From NCBI GenBank assembly GCA_963674865.2, contig CAXXYE010000004.1, positions 32,001 to 96,000 on the forward strand: a stretch of DNA of 64,000 nucleotides, read 5' to 3'. The DNA comes from Candidatus Hydrogenedentota bacterium (lineage in GTDB: Bacteria > Hydrogenedentota > Hydrogenedentia > Hydrogenedentales > SLHB01). A program made the translations under genes and the position numbers. The notes under the pieces are model-generated. The model made no database searches and was not told the origin of the DNA. It worked only from the letters and a program-made list of their open reading frames with translations. Below, one piece after another: positions 9,042 through 18,061 of the stretch (positions are counted from its first letter, which is position 1; the number at the start of each line of letters is the position of its first letter).

Positions 9042-9057
9042 CGAGTGGTGAACGTTC
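9042..9057 (+). repeat. Right 16-bp target-site duplication
   Basis: Identical to 7444-7459. Confidence 0.93.
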
Positions 9058-9287
9058 CCGGATTTATGTTCTAAGTGCAGTGTTGTGGGGAGCATGGTGG
9101 TTGCTAGCCCCTTTTCCTGTTGGTGGGTCTTGATCGAGAGGAGGCGCGGGGAGTACAACGCCGTCGGACTGGAAAGTCGCGACCTCAATGGGGCGCCACG
9201 GCTATCGCGCAAGAAATGGTAGTGTACGTGGGGGAGGTCACGTCGAAACCTACATGACACACGTGCCTGACGTGGCTCTAGGGAGCG

Positions 9288-12200
9288 ATGAAGATGAGCG
9301 AGGAACTGGAGATGACGTGCGGTAGCGAGACGCATATTGGACTGTGGGAGAAGGTTTTCGCGTCGCCGCGTGACGAGTACATCCCGATACCGTGGTGGGC
9401 ATGGACGGGCGCCTTGGCGCCTGAGCAACTCGAGCGTCAGCTTCGGCTGATGTGCGCGCAAGGACTGCGAGAGTTCTTCATCTTCCCCATCTACGGCATG
9501 GACATCGCGTTCATGTCGCCCGAGTATATCGAACGGATCGGCCAGGTGGTTGCGTGGTGCAAAGCGTTGGGGATGAAGGTCTGGATATACGACGAACTGA
9601 GCTGGCCAAGCGGAACTGCCGCTGGACTTGTCCCGCGCCGCCATCCGGCCGCGGTGGCGCGGCAGTTGCGCTACGAAGAGTGCGGCGAGATGACGGCCGC
9701 TGAGGTGCAGAGTCTTTTGGATGATGAGGATGTCGTTGCTGTTTTCGAGCTCAACGGGGAGGAGCCCCCTCGTTTGCTGGCGTATGACAGTATTGATTTC
9801 CCGGATCCTTGTCAGGTGATTCTATTCCGACGTAGACGGGATGAAACGCAGAACCTGACGACGCGAGGCTGCCTGTGGACGCGGAACGAAGCCGGTGTTC
9901 TGGATCTTCTGTCTGCGGATGCGGCGGCGGCGTTTATCGAGGAAGCCTATGCGCCCATTGCGAGGGCCTTTCCTGACGAACTCGGCGTCACGATCAGAGG
10001 CTTCTTCACCGACGAGCCTCAATTCGCTCCGGGCACGCTGCCTTGGTGCGACGGACTGCCGGAGCGTTTCGCGGCGCGGTACGGCTATGAGCTGTTCCCA
10101 TCTCTCCCCGCGTTGTTGCGCGGATGCAGCGACTCAGCCCGAGTGCGCATCGACTTCTGGGCGCTGGTATCGGAGGAAGCTTCGGATGCTTTCACGGGCC
10201 AACTGGCCTGCTGGTGTGCACGGCATAATTTGGAACTTACCGGCCACTTCCTCTACGAGGAGAACTCGGACTCGGTGTGGGCCCACGGCGACACTCCCGA
10301 GCACCTGCTCAAGTTGACGATCCCTGGCTGTGACTTGCTCTCACTATGGACGAGTTTCGATGAGCGGAACGACTGCTATTCGTCTGGGGCGAAGTCGCTT
10401 GTCAAGACCGCCAAGAATCCGGCGTCTGCTGCACGCTTCAGAGGCCGGCGGCGCGTCATGTGCGAAGCGTTCGGCATTATTCCGTGGTGGAAGACGGCAG
10501 CAGACGAGAAGAGGATGACTGACTGGCTCGCCGCCCTCGGCGTGAATCTCATAAACGATAACAGCCTCATTACAGATATCTGCGATTTTCGAAAGCGTGC
10601 CATTGCAGGAAAGCATTTCACCCAGCCCTACTGGCCGTACGAGCACCTCTTCTACGCCTACGCAGGGCGCACGTGCGGGCTCGTCGCGGAAACGCTCATG
10701 GACACCGAGATCATGCTGCTGTATCCGAGCAGCACGTGGTGGGCCGAGTTAGAGCAACCCGCGGCCACCTCATCCGCACTGCGCAACCTGGAGCGAGCCT
10801 TTGACGCAACTGCCGATGCACTCGTCCGCAAGCAGTGGCCTTTTGAACTGCTATTCGAGCAGGTTCTGGACGAGGCCACCGTGAAGTCCGGCGTTCTCGT
10901 GACGGGCCACGGGGAGTTTCGTGGCATCGTGATAGCCGGCGCCACTCGGCTGAGGGCCGCGCAAGCGGCCAAACTGGAAGCGTTCGCCGCGAGCGGCGGG
11001 GCCCTGTTTCTCGTTCATTCCGACGCCAAAGTGATGACGGCTGAGGGCGAGCGGCCCCTGTGTGTTCCGGGGGCCGAAGCTGTCGGCGATTGGGAATCGT
11101 CGGCTTTTCCGGACAAATTGAGCGACATGCTGGCCCGGCGCGTTGTGCGCCCGTGGACTGTGGAAGGAGACTGCGCCAACGAGGTGATCTCGGCTGCCCG
11201 CATAGACGAGGACGGCAACCGTTATCTCTTTGTGGCTAACATGACGCCCGGGAGCAAAGATCTGCGGATTTCGTGGCGCGAGGGGGGGCTTGCCGAGTGC
11301 TGGGATCCCGACACCGGCCGTCGGTGGGCGCCGCGGCAGGAGCCTGGGCGGATGCGCTTCACTTTGCCGGAGGGCCAATCGGTGTGGATTGCCCAGACGC
11401 GGAAACCGTGCGCGAGCGAGGAAGCGCCGGCGCACTTCATGCCCATCGACCGATCTGCGGTATTGCTCGACGGGCCTTGGGAATTCGAGACGGACCGCCC
11501 CAATCTATACCGGCTCGACCACCGGCTTCGCGTTGACGTGGGGGGGACGCTTGATGCGGCGCGTGCGCAGTCTGAAGGCGACGCCTGGATCGATGTGGCG
11601 TGCGGCGACGCGGGTGTACCTCTGCGGCCGGAGGATATGGCCTGCTACTGGCTATCGGCCGAGTTTGAGCTGCTGGAGTCGTGCGTCGATCTACAGCTCA
11701 TTGTGGACACTTCTCTGTTCGGCAATGCCTGGCTCAATGGTGTGGACTTGGGTGAGAGCGCACCTGCGACTGTCTGGGACGACCACAACCGGGCGTGGGA
11801 GCTCGGGGGCCGCGCTCACCCCGGCGTGAATCATCTCCTGCTTCGTGCAACGCCATCTCCATATAATGCCGAACATATCGCTCCGTTCACGACGTCTATC
11901 GTGGAACCCATCGTGCTCCGGGGCCGCTTCGCGGTGGACGGGCGAGGTCGCTTGACCACGCCGCCCAGGCAACTTGGCCCAGGCGACTGGGGGGCTCAAG
12001 GATTTCCTCACTTCGCGGGTGTGGGCACGTATCGCATGCGTTTCGCTTGGGACGGCGGCGACGCCCTGATAGCTCTAGAGGCCGGACGGCATGTTGCGGA
12101 GGTCCTTGTGGACGGTTGTTCTCTGGACAAACGCGCGTGGGGGGCACGTCACTTTCTGGCCAAGGATCTTGGCGCGGGCCAACACGCCCTGGAAGTGCGC

Positions 12201-12314
12201 ATTGCCAATACGCTGGCCGGAATCCTGCGTCGTTCCTATGGAGGCGAGACAGTAGCCGATATTCCCGAAAGCGGCCTACTTGCCCCGCCGCGCATCAGCC
12301 ATTACCGCGACTAG
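9288..12314 (+). CDS. Large glycoside hydrolase, GH106 (alpha-L-rhamnosidase)-like
   Basis: PWWAWTG, WIYDELSWPSG, FFTDEP, GHFLYEE and CEAFG motifs; C-terminal beta-sandwich ending NTL...SGLL. Confidence 0.8.
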   Translation: MKMSEELEMTCGSETHIGLWEKVFASPRDEYIPIPWWAWTGALAPEQLERQLRLMCAQGLREFFIFPIYGMDIAFMSPEYIERIGQVVAWCKALGMKVWIYDELSWPSGTAAGLVPRRHPAAVARQLRYEECGEMTAAEVQSLLDDEDVVAVFELNGEEPPRLLAYDSIDFPDPCQVILFRRRRDETQNLTTRGCLWTRNEAGVLDLLSADAAAAFIEEAYAPIARAFPDELGVTIRGFFTDEPQFAPGTLPWCDGLPERFAARYGYELFPSLPALLRGCSDSARVRIDFWALVSEEASDAFTGQLACWCARHNLELTGHFLYEENSDSVWAHGDTPEHLLKLTIPGCDLLSLWTSFDERNDCYSSGAKSLVKTAKNPASAARFRGRRRVMCEAFGIIPWWKTAADEKRMTDWLAALGVNLINDNSLITDICDFRKRAIAGKHFTQPYWPYEHLFYAYAGRTCGLVAETLMDTEIMLLYPSSTWWAELEQPAATSSALRNLERAFDATADALVRKQWPFELLFEQVLDEATVKSGVLVTGHGEFRGIVIAGATRLRAAQAAKLEAFAASGGALFLVHSDAKVMTAEGERPLCVPGAEAVGDWESSAFPDKLSDMLARRVVRPWTVEGDCANEVISAARIDEDGNRYLFVANMTPGSKDLRISWREGGLAECWDPDTGRRWAPRQEPGRMRFTLPEGQSVWIAQTRKPCASEEAPAHFMPIDRSAVLLDGPWEFETDRPNLYRLDHRLRVDVGGTLDAARAQSEGDAWIDVACGDAGVPLRPEDMACYWLSAEFELLESCVDLQLIVDTSLFGNAWLNGVDLGESAPATVWDDHNRAWELGGRAHPGVNHLLLRATPSPYNAEHIAPFTTSIVEPIVLRGRFAVDGRGRLTTPPRQLGPGDWGAQGFPHFAGVGTYRMRFAWDGGDALIALEAGRHVAEVLVDGCSLDKRAWGARHFLAKDLGAGQHALEVRIANTLAGILRRSYGGETVADIPESGLLAPPRISHYRD

Positions 12315-12973
12315 GCGGCGAGCCGGAAGGCGATAAGTTCCAATTCGATGATGAGGTGGGCGAGGGCCGGCATGAGCGCATTTCGCCGTTTGGCCGCCCA
12401 GTAGGTGACGGCCAGTGAGAAGACGAGCATGCCGGCCATCTCCAGCGGCGGCTTCTGAAGGTGGTACAGCGTCTCGGCCAGTGGCACAGCGAGCCAGCCG
12501 TAGCGTGGCCACTGTGTCTGGCAGCGGCGGAGCAGGGCATACCGATGGAGGTACTCCCAGCCCGTCAGCCACGACAGCGTCCAGACAACCGCGTGCCATG
12601 CCTGCCGGGATGATGTGAATGGGGGATAGATCCCCCCGAGGCTAGGCACAACGGCAACCAAAGACACCGCCAACGCGCCCGCGCCCATCAGCGCCGCGAG
12701 GATGATCCAGTCGACTCTCCTCCAACGTCTTGTGCCAAACCATCCTAGGTCGATGCGCTGTAACGTGAACGCGAAGGGCACAACAAACCACACCGTGAAC
12801 TTGAACAGGTCGAATCCGCTCGGCAGACGCCATCTGAAGAGCCGCCAGTCGATGATGGCCGTAGAACCTTGGGCGGCCAGTGTATCCGCAATGTGGACTA
12901 CGGCGACGTAGGCGAGCAGGAGGATGGTGAGCGCCAACGTCGGGGGACGGACCTCTCTTGCCGGTTCAGGCAT
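12311..12973 (-). CDS. CPBP (CAAX protease-like) intramembrane metalloprotease
   Basis: Multiple TM segments; WEYLHR, LYHLQKP and ALAH motifs; start MPEP follows the nth stop. Confidence 0.75.
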   Translation of the reverse strand: MPEPAREVRPPTLALTILLLAYVAVVHIADTLAAQGSTAIIDWRLFRWRLPSGFDLFKFTVWFVVPFAFTLQRIDLGWFGTRRWRRVDWIILAALMGAGALAVSLVAVVPSLGGIYPPFTSSRQAWHAVVWTLSWLTGWEYLHRYALLRRCQTQWPRYGWLAVPLAETLYHLQKPPLEMAGMLVFSLAVTYWAAKRRNALMPALAHLIIELELIAFRLAA

Positions 12974-12977
12974 GGCG

Positions 12978-13655
12978 CTACTTGGCCATCTTCTTGCCCT
13001 GGGCCGTATCCGGGAACGGGCACAGGTCGACGAGGACGCAGGCCGAGCACTTCGGTCCTCGGGCGTGGCATACGGCCCGGCCGTGAAAAACAAGGCCATG
13101 CGAGAAATCCGTCCACGATTCTCGAGGCCACACCTTAGCGAGGTCCAGCTCGATCTTGTCGGGATCGTTGTTCTTCGTAAATCCGAGACGTTGCGTCAGG
13201 CGGCGGCAGTGCGTATCGACAATGATGGCGGGCTGCCCGAACCAGACGCCTAGCACCACGTTAGCCGTCTTGCGGCCCACGCCTTCCAGTCCCACCAGTT
13301 CCTCCATCGTCCCGGGCACCTGGCCATCAAAGGCATCGACAAGTGTCCGGCAGGTTTTGAGGATGCTTGCCGATTTCTGCCGGAAGAAGCCGCAGGTGCG
13401 AACTTCTTCTTCGAGACGTTCTTTCGGCGCCTTTAGGTAGTCCTCGGGCGTCTCGTACTCCTTGAAAAGGTCCTTGGTAACGATGTTGACGCGTTCATCC
13501 GTGCATTGGGCGGCGAGGATGGTCGCCACGAGGAGTTCCAGGGCGCTCGCATGGTTCAGCGAGCATTCCGCATGGGGATAGGCCTCGCGGAGCCTCGCTA
13601 GAATCGCCACCGCCCGTTCACGGTTAGCGCTCTGGGTAAGTTTCAACTTCGCCAT
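12978..13655 (-). CDS. nth: Endonuclease III
   Basis: LAAQCTD, GVGRKTANVV, VDTH, and 4Fe-4S motif C-x6-C-x2-C-x5-C. Confidence 0.96.
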   Translation of the reverse strand: MAKLKLTQSANRERAVAILARLREAYPHAECSLNHASALELLVATILAAQCTDERVNIVTKDLFKEYETPEDYLKAPKERLEEEVRTCGFFRQKSASILKTCRTLVDAFDGQVPGTMEELVGLEGVGRKTANVVLGVWFGQPAIIVDTHCRRLTQRLGFTKNNDPDKIELDLAKVWPRESWTDFSHGLVFHGRAVCHARGPKCSACVLVDLCPFPDTAQGKKMAK

Positions 13656-15346
13656 GCCAGGACCTCCGCCGCCGTCATGCAATTCAGCAGGTTGCCTCTT
13701 TCAAGCCACCCTTTCCGGGCGATGCCCAGGCCGTAGCGCATATCGTCGATGGCCTCGGGATTGTGTGCGTCCGGCCCGATACAGAGTTTGACGCCTTTGT
13801 CCTTTGCCCGCTTGACGAATCGCCAGTCGAGGTCGAGGCGGTGGCAATTCGCGTTGATCTCGACGGCCACCCCGTTGCCCAGGCAGGCGTCGAACACGGC
13901 CTCCATATCAAGAGGATAACCCTCGCGCGCCAGCAGCAGGCGCCCCGTGGGATGGCCGAGGATGGCCGTGTGCGGATCCTCCACGGCCCTGATGATGCGG
14001 CGCGTGGCCTCGGTTTTCGTCATGTTGAGCTTGCTGTGTACCGACGCGATCACCAAGTCGAACCGCTTAAGTACTTTCTCCTCGTAGTCCAGCGACCCGT
14101 CCGGGCGAATATCCGACTCGATGCCCTTGAGGACGGCGAATCCCGTCACCTTCTTGTTGACCTCCGCCACCTCCGTGTGTTGTCTCGCCACGTCCTCCGG
14201 CGTGAGCCCCCCGGCGTAAGCTGCCGACTGGCTGTGATCGGCCAGGACGAGGTAGGCGTAGCCTTTCGCACGCGCGGCCTCGGCCATCTGCTGGATGGTA
14301 GCGGTGCCGTCGCTGTAGTTGGAATGGCAGTGGAAGACGCCGAGCAAGTCCTTGGCTTGGACTAGGTTAGGAAGGACCTCGGCCTCGATTTCGCCCATGT
14401 TTTCCCGCAGCTCCGGGGGGATGAAAGGCAGGTCCAGTACAGCGAAAATGGCTGCTTCATCTACGCATTTGATGTTCTTTTCGCCCCGAAAAAGGCCATA
14501 TTCGTTCATTTTCAGGCCGCGCTCCTTGGCGCGCTGACGCATGGCCACGTTGTGTTCCTTGCTTCCGGTGAAATGGTGAAGGGCATAGGGGAACTGGCTG
14601 TCCGACACGACGCGCAGGTCGGCGGCGATGCCGCTTGCCAACACGACGCTGGATTTTGTATCGCCGTGAGCGGTGACAGAATCCACATTGTCGGCGCTCA
14701 CGAATTGCGCCATGACATCGCCCGGCTTCTCGCTGGAAGCGAGGAGGTCGATGTCCTTCACGACTTCCTTCCTCCGCCGAAGACTCCCCGCGATCTCCAG
14801 GCGAATCACTGACTTGTCGTCCGCGATCCGGTCGCGGAGCCGCTCAGCCTCGGACAGGGCCGCGTCGAACAGATGGAGGTCGCGGTGTCTCTTGGCGAAG
14901 GCGATGCCCTCCAGAACCTTCTGCTGCATCTTCGGCCCGAATCCTTTGAGGGACACGAGGCGGTTCTCGGCGCAGGCGTACTCAAGTTCTCCCAAGGACT
15001 TGATGCCCAACTCATCATAGAGGGCCTTGATGCGTTTCACGCCAAGGCCCGGGATGCGCAGCAGGTCGAACAGCGTCTCGGGGAACCGGGCTCGGAGGTC
15101 CTGGTGGTACTTGAGGGCGCCGGTGGTCACTAATTCCGCGATCTTCTGTTCCAGGGCGTCGCCTACGCCCTTCACCTCGCGCAGCCTCCCCTCCCGGACG
15201 AGTGCCTGGACATCCTCCTCGTGTTGCTCCAGAGCACGAGCGACGTTTGTATACGACCGCGCTTTGAAGGGATTCTCGCCGGCCAACTCCAGAAGCGTCG
15301 CGATTTCTTCGAGAACGGCCGCGACTTCTTTCTTGTTCAAAGGCAT
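13643..15346 (-). CDS. polX: DNA polymerase/3'-5' exonuclease PolX
   Basis: GENPFKARSY, AGSLRR, KDIDLL, HFTGSKEHN; PHP domain HCHS, DHS, HPTGR, DAH. Confidence 0.95.
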   Translation of the reverse strand: MPLNKKEVAAVLEEIATLLELAGENPFKARSYTNVARALEQHEEDVQALVREGRLREVKGVGDALEQKIAELVTTGALKYHQDLRARFPETLFDLLRIPGLGVKRIKALYDELGIKSLGELEYACAENRLVSLKGFGPKMQQKVLEGIAFAKRHRDLHLFDAALSEAERLRDRIADDKSVIRLEIAGSLRRRKEVVKDIDLLASSEKPGDVMAQFVSADNVDSVTAHGDTKSSVVLASGIAADLRVVSDSQFPYALHHFTGSKEHNVAMRQRAKERGLKMNEYGLFRGEKNIKCVDEAAIFAVLDLPFIPPELRENMGEIEAEVLPNLVQAKDLLGVFHCHSNYSDGTATIQQMAEAARAKGYAYLVLADHSQSAAYAGGLTPEDVARQHTEVAEVNKKVTGFAVLKGIESDIRPDGSLDYEEKVLKRFDLVIASVHSKLNMTKTEATRRIIRAVEDPHTAILGHPTGRLLLAREGYPLDMEAVFDACLGNGVAVEINANCHRLDLDWRFVKRAKDKGVKLCIGPDAHNPEAIDDMRYGLGIARKGWLERGNLLNCMTAAEVLAWRS

Positions 15347-15366
15347 TCAGGAAACTCCCTTAGGCG

Positions 15367-15396
15367 ATTATCAGCAGGCGCAGTGCCGGATTGCAA
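15367..15396 (-). promoter_or_regulatory. Probable sigma70 promoter of polX-nth
   Basis: TTGCAA-N18-GATAAT, about 20 nt upstream of the start. Confidence 0.5.
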
Positions 15397-15454
15397 GAGT
15401 AGGCGTGCGGCGATGCGCAAAGGGAGCGGCCCGGAAATGACGCGCTTCTGGGAC

Positions 15455-15483
15455 TTGACAAAAGTAGATTATGGGTGTATAGT
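15455..15483 (+). promoter_or_regulatory. Near-consensus sigma70 promoter
   Basis: TTGACA-N17-TATAGT. Confidence 0.85.
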
Positions 15484-15487
15484 TAAG

Positions 15488-15581
15488 ACAGCAACAGTTG
15501 AACGTTGAGCATGTGCCGCGCGAATGGTTGTCCCGGGAGACATCCGTTCTGCCTTGCGGAACTCCGGCGTTATCTTGCTGT
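15488..15581 (+). ncRNA. Candidate structured RNA or leader (rod-like hairpin), family not recognised
   Basis: Nested helices ACAGCAA/TTGCTGT, AACGTT/GGCGTT, GAG/CTC, CCGC/GCGG, GAATGG/CCGTTC, TGTC/GACA, starting at the predicted TSS. Confidence 0.45.
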
Positions 15582-15721
15582 TACTCATTGTGTTGTGCGC
15601 CAGGTGGCGACGCCGGAGAACTTGTAGGCCGAGCGTGCCTGAATCCGTGCTATGGTAGATGCGAGGCGGCAACGTCTTGCACGGGGAACAACCGGCCCCG
15701 CAGGGGCCTCCGGAGCAGGGG

Positions 15722-18061
15722 ATGGATGAGATGTTCGGAATTGCGCTGGTTCTTGGACTTGTGGGCCTCATAGTGGGAGGTTCCATCTGCGGCATCGTGG
15801 CGGTGATAAACCTCTCCAGGCTCGGGAAGCGCTTAACACTCCTTGAGTCGAAGTTCATGCGCCTCAAGATCGCGTCACGCGAGAGAGCGCCGGCTCCCAC
15901 GCCGCCCTCTTCGCTGAGGCCGGTGGCTGGCGCCCCGCCGCCCGCGCCCGTTGCGGCGAAAGCAGCGCCACCGGCTGAGGTGGCCGCTCCGTCCGAGCCG
16001 CCCGGGCCGCCGCCTGAAGCGCCCCCCGCAGCGCCTGTCGCCAAAGAGGCCGAGATGTCTCCGGCAGCTCCTCGGAGCGTGCCGCCCGTGTCGCCGCAGC
16101 CGAAAGGGATTTCCCTTGAACTGATGTTGGGCGGGAAATGGCTGCTATGGGTGGGCATGCTGCTCTCGTTGATCGGCGTCGGCCTGTTCCTGAAGTATGC
16201 CTACGACAATGCCTGGATCGGCCCGGCCGGGCGTTTGGCGATTGGTACGGTGGCCGGCATCGTGGCGCTTGGTTTCGGTGAGCGCTTCCGCAGGAAAGAC
16301 TGGGCCGTCCTGTTTCAGACGCTGACGGGGGGCGGCATCGCCATCTTCTACATCTGCATCTTCTTCTCCTTCCAGGTCTATCACCTGTCAGGCCAAGAGC
16401 TTTCGATGATACTTGCGACACTCGTAACGGTGCTTGCGGTCGTAATGGCAGTGGCGAACAACGCCGTGTCCATAGCGATTCTGGCGATGATCGGCGGCTT
16501 CCTGAGTCCGGTGCTGCTTTCGACGGGCCAGAATCATCCCTATGCGCTGTTCACGTACATCATTATCCTGGACTTCGTGGCAATAGGAGCGGCCTATTTC
16601 CGGCGCTGGCGCGCCCTCGATCTGCTCAGTTTCGTCGGCACGGCCCTCATTTACCAGGCCTGGTATACCAAGTTCTACGGCGCTCCCGATGAGCCCAGTC
16701 AATTGCTTCCCGCGCTGCTTTACACCTCGTTGTTCTACCTGATCTTCTTGCTAGTCCCGAGTATGCACAGCCTCGTCCGCGGATTGGCGGGCACGGTGGA
16801 AGGCGTTGTCCTGGTGGTGGCGAACGCCGTATTCTCGTTTTACTACTACTACAACGTGCTGTTCGACGACTACCGGCATGCCTTGGGATTCGTAGTGCTT
16901 GGCCAGGCGGCACTCGTGTTCCTGCTCTTCCAGGTGTGGCTGAAGCGCGTCGGGAAGCAGGAGCAGATGGGGGAGAGTCTGCTCGTTATCGCCCTGGCCC
17001 TCGTTACTATCGCCATTCCCATCCAGTTGAAGCTCTATGCCGTTCCCATTGCCTGGGCGCTCGAGGGAGTCCTATTCGTCTACCTTGGCATCCGGTTCCG
17101 GCGCGCTCTGGTGAAGGCGGGCGGCGTAGTCGCGCTCTTCCTCGCCGCCTGGGGCCTGCTCGAACGCCTTCCCCTGCATCGCCTGCCCTTCACAGCGGTG
17201 TTCAATGTTCCTTTCGGGTCGTGGGTGGTCGTGATCGCCGCGGCGGCGGGCGGGGCGTACCTGTTCCATCGGCTCGATACGGAGGATTACGCCAAGGCGC
17301 TTGCCACCGTCGTGTTCCTCCTGGCATTTGTTATGGCGTGCATCGTTGTTACGTTCGAAGTGTCCAGTTTCTGGTCGATTCTCAGGCCGGCGAAGGACTA
17401 CCGCATCCATATGTGGAGTTCTCTGGCCGTGCTGTGGGCAGTGATTGCGGCAGGGACGGCGGGTGTCCTGGATCGCAACAAGTTCCACCGTTGGAACGAA
17501 CTGGCCCTCGCGTGCTACGGCGTCAGTGTGCTTGTGTTCTTCGGGGGACTCGTGCAGGGAAGACACTTCGAACTTGGGAGCAAGGTACTTATCTTCAACG
17601 CGTTCTTCCCTGCCCGCTTGGCCGTTATTGTCGCCTTGTGGTGGGGCGGGATGTTGATTCGCCGAAGCAGGCCGCCGCACGCAGGCAATGTTCTCACCGT
17701 GATCGGACACGGGCTGCTCACGATCCTGTTGGCGGTGGAAATGATCAGGTGGGCCGACAACACAAACCTGATCTCGAGCCGCATGGCCGTCGGCGTGATC
17801 TCCGCGCTCTGGGCGCTTCAGGCGTTTGTGCTCGTCTGGCTGGGCCTTTTCAGGCGCAACCAGGCCCGGCGCGTGCTGGGCTTTGCCCTGTTCGGGCTGA
17901 CGGTGGCGAAGGTGTGCTTCTACGACCTGAGCACGCTCGAGCGTGTGTACCAGATTGTGTCCTTCCTGGGAAGCGGCCTGTTGCTGGTCGGCGCGGGCTA
18001 TTTCTATCAACGCTACAGCCCGATGCTCTTGGAGCATATCGATAAGGAGGAACAGGCATGA
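15722..18061 (+). CDS. DUF2339 family polytopic membrane protein
   Basis: Pro/Ala linker, LELMLGGKWL...FLKYAYDNAWIGP, many TM segments, C-terminal KV.FYDLSTL; start uncertain (15659 or 15722). Confidence 0.85.
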   Translation: MDEMFGIALVLGLVGLIVGGSICGIVAVINLSRLGKRLTLLESKFMRLKIASRERAPAPTPPSSLRPVAGAPPPAPVAAKAAPPAEVAAPSEPPGPPPEAPPAAPVAKEAEMSPAAPRSVPPVSPQPKGISLELMLGGKWLLWVGMLLSLIGVGLFLKYAYDNAWIGPAGRLAIGTVAGIVALGFGERFRRKDWAVLFQTLTGGGIAIFYICIFFSFQVYHLSGQELSMILATLVTVLAVVMAVANNAVSIAILAMIGGFLSPVLLSTGQNHPYALFTYIIILDFVAIGAAYFRRWRALDLLSFVGTALIYQAWYTKFYGAPDEPSQLLPALLYTSLFYLIFLLVPSMHSLVRGLAGTVEGVVLVVANAVFSFYYYYNVLFDDYRHALGFVVLGQAALVFLLFQVWLKRVGKQEQMGESLLVIALALVTIAIPIQLKLYAVPIAWALEGVLFVYLGIRFRRALVKAGGVVALFLAAWGLLERLPLHRLPFTAVFNVPFGSWVVVIAAAAGGAYLFHRLDTEDYAKALATVVFLLAFVMACIVVTFEVSSFWSILRPAKDYRIHMWSSLAVLWAVIAAGTAGVLDRNKFHRWNELALACYGVSVLVFFGGLVQGRHFELGSKVLIFNAFFPARLAVIVALWWGGMLIRRSRPPHAGNVLTVIGHGLLTILLAVEMIRWADNTNLISSRMAVGVISALWALQAFVLVWLGLFRRNQARRVLGFALFGLTVAKVCFYDLSTLERVYQIVSFLGSGLLLVGAGYFYQRYSPMLLEHIDKEEQA

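Noticed and set aside
9036..9066. Hybrid promoter from the IS outward -35 driving the GH106-like gene
   Set aside because: No acceptable -10 hexamer 16-18 nt downstream (CGGATT/GGATTT)
15488..15581. SRP (4.5S) RNA
   Set aside because: Similar size and rod shape, but lacks the CAGG...GGAA...AGCAG helix-8 motif
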